NCBI RefSeq assembly: GCF_004010195.1
Contig: NC_057750.1
Span: 11,122,390-11,186,389, forward strand
Direction: 5' to 3'
Source: Chiloscyllium plagiosum
Lineage: Eukaryota
Length of the DNA stretch: 64,000 bases
The notes under the pieces are model-generated. The model saw only the letters and a list, made by a program, of their open reading frames with translations. It was not told where the DNA came from and made no database searches. The position numbers and the translations under genes were made by a program. This document shows positions 41,101 to 53,100 of the stretch, one piece after another; within the stretch, counting starts at the first letter, position 1, and each line of letters begins with the position of its first letter.

Positions 41101-44100
41101 TTATTTAAGTGAAATGCAAATGTTTTGAAGGAAGCTCAGAGGAAGTATACCAGACTAATACCTGGAATTCTGGTTGTCTTACAAGTAATGAAAGATAGGC
41201 TAGTCTTGTATTGGCTAAAAGAAAAATTGGCTAATACCTGCTGGAATGGAAAAGACCAAGAGCTGATTTGATTGAAATATAAAGATACTGAAGTGTCTCA
41301 ACAGATTGATGTGAAGAAACTGTTTCCTCTTACAAAAGAACCCAGAACTGAATATCAAGGGGTCAGCCATTTAAAACAATAGCGGCCATTTTCTTTTCTC
41401 AGAAGGCTGATAGTCTTTGGAGTTCCCTATCCAAAAAAAAAAAAGGATTAGGGACCTTGAATACTTTTAAGACAGAGGTAAATAGATTCTTGGGTAGTAA
41501 ATGAAAGGTTATCAAACAGTGGGAAGGATTTAAGGTTAACCATTTCAGCAGTTGTGGAACAGGCCTAAATGATCTATTCTTGTTCCCAATTAGTTTGTTC
41601 ATTTGTTTTCCATACTTACCCCCCTCAGAATGAAATAGTATCACTCAAGGTTACGCCTAGGAGAAATCATTGACCCTCATCTCATTCTAACATGGGCCCA
41701 ATGGACCAAGTGGCCTCTCTTGTGCTGCAATGTCTACAATTAGATAGTTTGGAGTTAAAACAAGTTGTATTCTGGGTGAGGGGGGTATCCCAAATGGAAC
41801 AGACAAAACCCAAACACTAGTTATTTATTCCCTCCTCATACATCCAGTCTATTTCCAAAGCAACACAATACCTGCCAACACGCTACTTGATAATAGGACT
41901 TGCTCGCCACCAATAAAGAGGAACACTGGACCCAGGCGTGGCTCCCACAGATTGGCGTTGACCCAGTATCTCTGAAGCAAACACACAGACATCTTAAGTA
42001 AAAGAACATTTTCCACAGCCATCCCACAATTGTGCTCAGTACTTCAATGGTTAACGAGGCTCTGGGAGGAAGTGCAAAAATAACTCGTCAGGATAGCCAA
42101 AATTGAGGGGATAGAGGTGGAAGCAGAGACCTTCAATATTTTCAAGGTGGATTCTTGATAAGCAAGCAGATGAAAAGGCTAAAATCGGAGTGGTAATCAG
42201 AACAGCCATGATCTTCCAGAATGGTAGAGCAGGCTTGAGGGGCCAAATGGCCTGCTTCTAGTTTGATGCGGAAACAAAAAAAAAACGACAAGCAGAAAAA
42301 AAAGAGGAGGGCCAGGCTGTTCAGTGAAAGAAACCTGAAGACTGACATGATCTTTCAAATTCCAAAAGGGTTGGCACAGAGTTGCTCTCGGTGGTAAAGG
42401 ATAGTAAAACTGGAGAAGCCAGGCCAAAACTATGGGACAGTCACTGAGGAACCCAAGATTGAACTCAAGAGACAGCACTGTTAGAATGTGGAAGTTCAAC
42501 CCTCTAAGCCAGTAGTTCAATCACACAGAAAATAAGAGGAGTAGGCCATTCAGCCCTTTGAGGCCACTCATTACGATCATAGTTGATATCATTTGAAGGA
42601 AAGTTGATCAAACACAAGGCAGAACAGAAAAGGTCACAGAAGGTTCAATGAGATGGGTTGGGAGGAGATTCATTTGGAGCATAAATCAGGCCACACCAGA
42701 GTGGCTGAGTTGAGTGAACAGTTTCTGTTCTAAAAGTCCCTGATCCAGTGTGGATTTAGACATAAAGGGAAGGAACAGAGGATAGGAGGGGAGTGCGCAG
42801 GGAGGAAGAGATATCATACGAAGGTTGCACTCACCTGCTTGAAAGTGCCATTGTTCCTTCTGTTGAAGTGATCCAGTGGCTGTGGAAAGAGTCCTTCCTT
42901 GGGCTCAGTCATCCCATTGCTGTTCTTCAGCAAGTGCTTCAGTATCCTCTGCTCCTGGGATTGCAGCACCTGTTGCTTAATCAGCCACATGTTCCGCCCT
43001 GAAAATCAGAGGACAGACAGGTTTAATGGGTCACAACACTGTTGACTGAAATGGTGATTCATGCCAGAAACCTACCAATGCTACTATCAGGACTTCAGTG
43101 TGATAAAATGTCCCAGGGCACTTCAGTGGAGCATCAAAATATTTGATTGCAGGTCACATTCTGATGTTGTGCAATTGATCAAAATGTTGATCAAAGAGAT
43201 TGGCTTTAGGAGGAACAGTATGTGGAAAGGTTTCGGGGGAAGTGAACGGGAGGGGGTTGTATTCAGCAACCAACACAGCTGAACGATTAACAATCGGGGA
43301 TATGCATGAGAACAGAAGTAGGGGAAAATAAAGGAGGAGAGTTTTAAATAGCAGCTTAGCACGATGAATACTTGGCAAGGACATGGACATGGGGGCGGCA
43401 CATTGGCTCAATGGTTAGCAATGTTGCCTCAGAGCACCAGGGACCCAGTTAGATTCCCGCTTTGGGTGACTGTCTGGAGTTTGCACATTCCGCCCGGTCT
43501 GCGTGGGTTTCCTCTGGTTTCCTCCCACACTCCAAAGATATGCAGGCTAGGTGAAATGACCACGCTAAATTGCCCATGGTGTTCAGGGATGTGTAGACTA
43601 GGTGCATTAGTCTGGGGTAATGTAGAATAGTAAGGGATTGGGTCTGGCTGGCTTACTCTTCAGAGGGTTGGTGTGGACTTGTTGGGTCAAAGGGCCTGTT
43701 TCCACACTGTAGGGACTCTAATCCTAATTGGGTTCTAAATGACGTAAAGGTGACCCAGAGGGTAGAGTGTCTGTGGAACTTGCTAGCACAAAGCCAAAAT
43801 ATTGTTGGAGAAATTTGACCAATAAAAGTAGTGACCACAAAAATCAGATCGGGTGAAACTGACTTGCTGTTTATTACAAGCGATATCGCTGGAAGAGAAA
43901 CTGACCAAGCTGAAACAGCACAGACAGTTTGTCCAGGTAGCTGAGAATTTCTCTTGAGCTGAGGATGAAGCCAGTTTTTATAATAATCCTGTACAATAAG
44001 GCTAATTAGAAATTGTGCAAATAAAATGTATCTGGAAATGGAGTAATGTAGTTACAATGATGTTAATCGGAAAACAGTTATCAAAAGAATGTCCTAATTC

Positions 44101-47100
44101 TCGAAACAAAGCAACATTCTGACAGTATTGATGGGTTCTGAACTTCTATTCCTCTTCACAGGTAGGTGCTAGTGTCTCCTCTGAAGCAGTGAGGTGCTTC
44201 CATTGTCCTGTCCTGGGAGCAATGCTCTTGCTGGTGCCTCTGTTTGACCTGCTCTATGTGGCTTTGGTATTGCTGGGTTGAGAAACTGCTCTCAGGGCTT
44301 TGAGATAGCGGTGGTGCAATGTCATTGTTAGTGGGTGCTTGAAGTGTAATCCCTTGTCTGCGAGTGCTGTCTAGTTTCACTTATCAGCCTGCTTGGTCCC
44401 TGCTGAGGCATTCTGGGTGTTTTGGTACAGTTTGGCCAATTTTGCTTTTGTGGGTTGGCAGATTTTTCCCACAATTGTACAATTTCAAATGAGGTGTTGG
44501 ACATAGCACTTTGTCTAAAGGAATTAAAGACAGTGGAGGAAAGCAGGAACAGAAAATGGGTGGTCAGCTGTGATCACAACAAAATGTAGCAGGCTGGAAG
44601 GCCTCACAGCCTCCTCTTATAGTGAATAATTCTGACAGGGCAGTACATGGGAGATGTCAGAATAATCAAGACTCAAAATAAAGTCATGAGTCAGGATTTC
44701 AGCAGATGGGCTAAGACAAGGTCAGATGACATGAGGTAGCGCTCAGCCTTCCCAGTTTGAGGAGAGCACAACAGTTCAGAGTTTTCTGTGGAAATTGAAG
44801 AACAAGGACAGTTCAAGTTTTGGGGGGCAGGAGCAGCATGAAGACAGTGCAAAAGCACAAGATATTGAGGGATTGGTCACTACAGGAGTTAAATGAATTA
44901 TTTAAGCTCTCTAGAAAAATAAATCAACTTGCAAAAGTTAAAGCAATGCGGACTTAAGTTTCCAGCTGACGCAAGGTTGTGCTCAGCATGGTCAATTGTT
45001 GCTCAATACGAAACTCCCATTAAAAAAGAACGAAGGAAACTCCAGTTTCAGTTTTGTCTCCCAGGGCAATACTGCAAGCAGGCAATTTAAACAAAAACAA
45101 ACTGTTACCAACTGGACATGTGTCAGACTAGTATTCAGCTTCACTCCAGTTGGAATTATTTTCCCAAAGCCCTGCATTGTTATCATGCAAACAAAGCAGC
45201 TTGTACAAAAGCAAAGTAGAACAGACATTTGAAGTTTTTTTTTGGGGGGGGTGGGGGGGAAGTGGTATAAACACTTTCTAAATGGCGGAAACAGCACACG
45301 AAGTGGAAGCCATCATTTGGAAGCAATGGAGATTTGGATGACAACTAATTAGATTTTCAAATTAAAAAAAGGGCAACTTTTCAAAAACTAATTCATGGGA
45401 CACCGGCACATTTATTGCACATCCATAACTGCGTGAAAAGGTGGTAGTGAGCTGCCTTCTTGAACTGCTGCAGTCTCTTTGGCGTAAGTAGACCCACAAT
45501 GCTGTTGGAGAAGTTCCAGCCTTTTGGCCTAGCGACACTGAAGGAACAGCTGATATAATCCCAAGACAAGATGGGAAGAGACTTGGAGGTGAAGTAGGTG
45601 CTCCTTTGTATCTGCTGCCATTTGGCTTTACTCTGAAATTACTCTTAAAAAAAACATTGATGCTAAGGGCAATTGGGGAGCCATTGGGGGTATATTCAAG
45701 GTGGTTTTGGTCAGTGCTACAGATCAGGAAGCCAGCAATCCAGGAGCAGAGCTAAATCCCTCTTGTGTTTAAGTGTCTGCTCTCTTGCTGCTGAGTTTAA
45801 GGTTTCCGCTCCAGGAGTCAGGTAGAGGGGAAAACAAAAACAAATCAAAGCAAACAGCTCAGTACTGGGGTACAACTGGACTATTGGGAGGTGACATTAG
45901 AAGAGTCAGATCTACAACACAGAAAACAGCCCTTTGGCACATCACAATCGTGCCAGTCAAAAGCAACCTAATTATTCTGATCCTGTTTTCCAGCACTTGG
46001 CCCGTAGCCTTTATGCTTTTCAGAGATGTCAAACTAATGTTTTTTTTTAAAAACCCATGGCACAAATTCAAAGGAAAGGCAGGGGAACTTCTCCCCAGTG
46101 ACTTGGCCACTACTCATTCCTCAAATCAGTATCAGAACAAACAGATTATCTGGCTATTATCAGATTACTGTGTATTCGACAATGCACATTGTGCATAAAT
46201 TGGCTGGATGTATTTTCCACATTAACCACACTTGTGAAGTACTTCACTGGCTATAGCAGTGCTCAGAGACAGCTATTGGTTATGGAAAGCATATGGAAAT
46301 ACACATCTCTCATTGTGGAGGCGCAATCAATTTAAAGGTGTGGGACCTTTATTTTCTCTTTGTTGGCACATTAACAGAGAGCAGACTTGTGCACAGCTTA
46401 GACTTGAAACAAATAGGAAATGGAAATAGGCCAGACCTGCTACCCTAAATGACAATTAGTATTTGAATTATTAAAAATAAATCTATGCAGAAATGTGTTT
46501 TTAAACTAAAACCAAAAGGCAGTCAGCTGCAGACCATCACACAAAGACTAAATGCAATTGCTATTTTCTCCAAAGAATAAAGACTAGGAGAAGTTTCACC
46601 CCAAGGCCTAGGATTTGTTTTGAATGCAGGTTAATATGATGAATATCTTTTGCTGTTACCCATCAGAATCTGATTAGAACACAGCAGAGTGTCCGATAGT
46701 GGCAGTGCAAAGAGAGCTTTACTTTCAGTTTAAAATAATAGTGACCTTTATAGTGATAGAGATATACAGCATGCATACAGACCCTTCGGTCCAATTCATC
46801 CTTGCTAACTGGATATCCTAAATTAATCTATCCTATTTTGCCAGCTTTTGGCCCATGTCCCTCTAAACCCTTCCTATTCATGTACCCACCCAGATGCCTT
46901 TACAATGTTGTAATTGTACCAGCCTCCATGACCTCCATTGCAGCTTATTCCACACACTCACCACCCCCTGCGTGAAAATGTTCCTCTTCATTCCCTTTTA
47001 AATCTTTCACCTTAAAACTATGCCCTCTAGTTTTGGCTCCCGACCGTGGGGAATAAAAAAGACCTTGGCTATTCACTCTATCCATACCTCTCGTGATTTT

Positions 47101-50100
47101 ATAAACCTAATGCCACCCCTCAGCCTCTCACGCTCCAGGGAAAACAGCTCCAGCCTATTTAGCCTCTCCCTATAGCTCAAACCCTCCAAGTCTGGCAACA
47201 CCCTTGTTAAACTCGAAAGGGTACAGAAAGGAAGGATGTTGTAAATCCTATAGCCAGAATTGAATGCAGTATTCCAAAAGTGGCCTAACCAACATCCTAT
47301 ACAGCCACACCACAACTTCTATCTAATGCAGTTCTGCATCTGTCTGGAATGTTAGTTAGGGACATTTACTCTATTTGATGTTGACAGAACATGAAAAGGC
47401 TAATGTATTTTTTTGGTATACAAATAAATTTTAACTAAGAAACTAACTGTACTTTGTTTTGACAGCATATCATGGTTCAAATTAGTGCAGATGTGCCAAG
47501 GGATAGGAGCAGTAATAGGTGGGAAGGTCACCAGGTTTCTGGTGAAGGTGAACATGTGCTTCATCCTCCTCTGTTCAGTGTTGCTCATTCGGTAAAAGCA
47601 GTTACCGACCTTGCTGACAGATTATAAATTGTATCACAGTTTAAGTACACCACAGGGTTAAGGAAATACTGAACACCAACTGCAATGATTTACACAAGCT
47701 CCACATGTCCAAGCCAACTGACCAATCTCAAAGTGGAATGGGGAACGGCAGTGGGCAAGATTAGGCCTGATTGAGGAGAACTGGGGCTGGAAAGCAATTA
47801 AGGCAGGGAACAGGCAATGGTAAGAGTGTCAGGGAGCATATAGTTGCAGAGGGAGGGGCAAGGATTGCTTGCTGCAGGCTGACGCGTTGCAATGCAGGTT
47901 CAAACAGGCAGACAAGCCAGAGTCAACATCGCAGTTTGCATCAAGCAGAAACCTGCTACTGATTCCATTTTGTTAGTAGCCTTGGTTTTCAAATTAAGTC
48001 ACGGGATGTTGGGCATCACTGGCTGGGCTATTTAGATGCCCTTCAGAAGTTGATGGCAAGCCACCTTCCTGAACCGTTGTAGTCCATGTGATGTAGATAG
48101 ATCCACAATGCTGTTAGGGAGGGAGTTCCAGGATTCTGACCCAGCAATACCAAGGAACAACAATATTTGACCAAGTCAGGATGGTGAGCGGCTAGAAGGG
48201 AAACATGCAGGTGGCGTGGTTCCATGTATCTGCTGCCCTTGTCCTTCTAGTCGAGAGAGCTGAGTAAGGGGTCTACCAAAGAGGTGAGGTGGAATGTCTT
48301 CTGTCAGAGGGGAGAAATATGGAGAATATTTTGCTGCAGGGATTGGGCTATTGAATATATTCAAGGCTGACTAAACATATTTAATCGATAAGGGAATCAA
48401 GTGTTATGGCGGAAAAGGAAAGAAGTGGATTGAAGATTTAGATCAGTCATCTCATTGACTGGTGAAACAAACTCAACAGGCTGCATGCCCTATTTCTGTT
48501 CTAGCATCTTACGTTTGGAAGGAGCTGTCTCAGGAGTCTCAGTGAGATGGTAGACACTGCTACTGAGCATCAGTGATGAAGGGGAGAGAATATTTATGGA
48601 TGTGGTGCCAATCAGGCTACTTTGCCCTGGATGGTGTCAAGCTTAGTGTTATTGGAGCTGCACCCATCCAAGCAAGTGGGGAATATTCCATCACACTCTG
48701 GACGTGTTCCTTGTAGATAGTGGACAGGCTTTGGGGAGTCAGGAGGCAAGTTACTCAATGCAGGATTCCCAGCTTTTGAGCTGCTCTTGTGGCCATAATA
48801 TTTAGAAAGCTGGTCCAGTTCAGTTTCTGGTCACCGGTAACCAATACTGGCCCAACCATACTCCAATCCCAATATTTTATCCTCTATCCCATGGTACGGA
48901 ATCAATTTGCATGTCAAACAGTTGAGGTAATATATTGGGTCGTTCACTGCAATATCTGGCACTTCACACCCAAAAGGATCCCAGTCACGCTGGCAACACA
49001 AACGTCTCTGCAATCACTAACCAGCAATGGCTGCTTGCACCATACCCATTCACCCCTAAGCCTCATGACTCACTGAGTTGGACAGGCTTCTGGCCAGTAA
49101 CAGTTTACATCCTCCTTTTTCCAATCACTCCATGATCTCACTCCCATCCCTGTAGTGTCCTGCAGCCCCATAGACCTCTAAGATATTGTGCGCCAAGAAT
49201 TCCAGACTCCATAGATTAGATTAGATTACTTACAGTATGGAAACAGGCCCTTTGGCCCAACAAGTCCACACCGACCCGCCGAAGCGTAACCCACCCAGAC
49301 CCATTCCCCTACATTTACCTCTTCACCTAACACTACGGGCAATTTAGCATGGCCAATTCACCTAACCTGCACATTTTTGGATTGTGGGAGGAAACCAGAG
49401 CACCCGGAGGAAACCCATGCAGACACGAAGAGAATGTGCAAACTCCACACAGAGTTGCCAGAGGCGGGAATTGAACCCGGGTCTCTGGCGCTGTGAGGCA
49501 GCAGTGCTAACCATCAGCAGCCCCGGAGGCTCTGGAATTCCTCCTCCTCACAACATCCACATTTTTCCTCAAAGACTCTTCCTTTCACCAACATTTTAGC
49601 CTTTTGACCCAGTATCTCCTGTGTTCTGATGTCTAATTTGTGTTAATAATGCTCCTGTGAGAAACCCTGGGATGCATTATTCTGCTGGTCTATATTCTGC
49701 AATATAATCCAAGTTGTTGTCGACAACAACAACACTTAGCCAGAAGCACAGGCCATGATGATTTCCAAAACTACACAAGCCTCAGTTAAACACATCCAGT
49801 TACATAGAAAGCGAAGCTGCTTTCCCAAGCAGAAAAAAAATTTAACTCATCAGGAAAAGCAAACCACAACGAACAAATATCATTTCACAGCCTTGGGATG
49901 CTCAAATCACACTGCAGTCAAAGGAAGCACAATTACAGTGCAGTCACTGTTGTAAATGTAGAAAACATGTATATGGAAAAGATGTACACAGACTGGGAAG
50001 AATGCAGAAGAGGTTTTACAAGAATGGTGCGAGAGTTAGGAGGATAATCCAGAGAGGTTAGGGCTGTTTTACTTTGACAGAAGGTGCTAACAGCAGATTT

Positions 50101-53100
50101 GATCGAGGGTTTCATAATCGTGATGTCCAAAAGATGTGCAGGTTAGGTGACTGGCCACACTAAATTCCCCAGTGTCTTGGAATGTGCAGGCCAAGTGGAT
50201 TTGCCATGGGGAATGAGGGGTTAAGGGGATAGGATAGAGAGTTGGGTGTGGCTAGGATGCCATTCAGATGGTGCAGACTTAATGGCCGACTTTCACTTTG
50301 TAGGGATTCCACGAGTGGTCTAGTCAGAGCCAAGAGGAAGAAAACATTCTTGCCCTTAAATGGGTTGGAACCAGATGGCAACTTTAAAAAAAGTGTCCGA
50401 GGAAGGGTCACTCGACACGAAACATTAATTGATTTCTTTCCACAGATGTTGCCAGACCTGAGCTTTTCCAGCAATCTGTTTCTTGTGAATAGCTGTGGCA
50501 GTTTTAAAGTGGTTTGTTGAAGATGCAATTTCAAGGTGAGGGCAAGAATTCTTTACGCGTGACAAACAGCAAGGGTCAGGATGCACTGCTAGGATGTGTG
50601 GAGGAGGCAGGTTCAACTGAGGCATTCAGGAGGGTATTCGATTTTTTTTAAACTGGATGATTGTGCAAAGTTATTGGGGAAACAAGCAGCCGATTGGCAC
50701 CAAGTTGCAATGCACAGAGTGCTGGTGCCATGACAAGAGGACCCACATGGTCTTTTCCTGCACTAGAATAAATCGGTGCTAATTTGCACAGTGTGATTCC
50801 ACACACAGGAAAGAGAAAAACTATTGCAGCAATGTTGGTTGAGGGCAGAATAGCAGCCAAGTGATAGGTAAACATCAAACTCCTCTTCTGTCAGTTGCCA
50901 AGGGATCCTTTACATACATTCAAAACAGCAAAAAGGATATAATCTTAACCACTCCAGGAGTGTGCACACATCTGTGTCATGGACCAGGCCCAACTCCCCA
51001 AAACATTACGCAGGTAGCCCAGACTGACACACAGACACTTTTTCACATCTCCTGCTGCAACTAATTAATCTAAATGAAGACTACCTACACAGCTAGCTGG
51101 CCGCTCCCCTTTGATTATACTGGTTTTCTTCAAGACATGAAAGGCTTACGCTGGGGGCATTATCTGTTACAGTAACCAAAAATGGGCCCCAATAAACTTT
51201 CAAACTCAGTCTAGTTGGAGCCTGGATCACTTAGAACCTCTCTGAAAAAGAGAAGAATCTAACCTTGTCAAAAGAAACAGGTTCACCATGTATGTGGAAA
51301 AAGAAACCATTAACATTTTGAGTCTGTTAGGACTCAGATATACAGCATGGGAACAGACCCTTCAGTCCAACTTATCCATGCCGACCAGATATCCTATCTA
51401 AATCTAGTCCCATTTGACAGCTTTTGGCCCATATCCCTCTAAACCCTTCCTATTCATATACCCATTCAGATGCTTTTTAAAGTGTTGGTCATTGTATCAA
51501 CCTCCACCACTTCCTCTGGTAGCTCATTCTACATTCACGCCACCTTCCGCATGAAAAAAAACACATTACCTGTCAGGACTCCTTCCCCTCTCACCTTAAA
51601 CCTGTGCCATCTAGTTTTGGGGTCCCCCACCCCAGAGAAAGACCTTGCCTGTTTACCTTATCCACATCACTCATGATTTTATAATCCTCCATAAAGTCAC
51701 CCTCGGCCTCTGTCACTCCAAGGAAAATAGCCCCAGCCTATTCAGTGTCTCCCTATAGCTCAAACTCTCCAATCCTGGCAACAGCCTTGTAAATTTTTCT
51801 GAACCCTTTCAAGTTTCACAACATCCTTCCTTTAGCAAGGAGACCAGGATTGCAAGCAATCCTCCAACAGTGGCCTAACCAATGTCTTGTACAGCTGCAA
51901 CATGACCTCCCAACTCCTATACTCAATCCTCTGACCAATAAAAGCCTACCAAATGCCTTCTTCACTATCCAGTCTACCCGAGACTCCACTCTTCAGAAAA
52001 AGTATTCGTCCTGAAAAGACACTATTTTTAATGTGAAAGAACTTTTTTAAAAAATATAGGATTTACAAGGGTGGCTATACTTTTTCCACAGCAAGGAATT
52101 TGATATCTGGCATGAACTCTTGCGGCTCTGGATTCCTGCAGTGCTTGGACATTCAGTAGTTAAACAGTTGTTTAAGAGCAAAGAACAATAGGCTACTGTC
52201 AATAAAAATCTTGGCTGATCTGATTTTAACCTCAAACTTTAAATTTATCCATGCCCCCGATAAGATTTCATCCCTGTTTATAAGTGATCCAAAAATGGTT
52301 TCCAATTCCAACGTGCTCAGTTAGCTGAGAGACAAAGTTCTGGAGACATACAGAGGGAGACAAAGACAGACATTGCCTTGTGCTTCCCAATAGAAGCTGC
52401 CTGTTCTCTGCAGTTTAAAAAACTCAATGTGAAACCAGTTAGCTTCCCAGCAGCGATTGCTGACTTTTAAAAATGGCAAATCCGAGACATCTTCCCATGT
52501 GAAACAGTGATTTCTTCTTACAAAACTTGAAGCTTCTAGAGAAAGACAATCACTCATCATTGGCCTGGCTAGCTGGAGGACCATCTCAACATTAGATTAG
52601 GGAAGCAATGTCACTGAACTGACTTTCTAACTTTATCCAACCTTCACCAAAAATCTTTTTTTTGGGTGGGGAGGGGTATGCATAAAGATGGAAACTTAAA
52701 AGGAATTAGAGCTTTAGTTAGTAGCGTTTTGCTAATAGCATATCTGTTTACTCGTAGCTATAGCTAATGATTCAGCAAATAATAATTCTTGTTAAGGACA
52801 GACATCTGGCTCATGCCTTGGTCTGGAAAGCACATAATGGGCCACTTCACATCCCTTCTAAGAAACTTTAAGATTTGGCATGACTCTGGGAATAAACTGG
52901 GTTTGATTTATGGTGTAGTACTCCAATAAGTCAGTCATTTTGCATTTAATTTGTGGACAATACAAACTGCGGACCACAGACTTCACAACTTCAATTTGCT
53001 TGAAACCATTAATAAAAAAGGTGCAAGTCATGCTGTTCACATCAAAGGGCATCTCAACATAAAACTTTAACACCATTTCTCTAGATGTTACCTACCCTGT

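Noticed and set aside
44150..44500. Possible gag zinc-knuckle relic on the minus strand
   Set aside because: Too degenerate to support by eye
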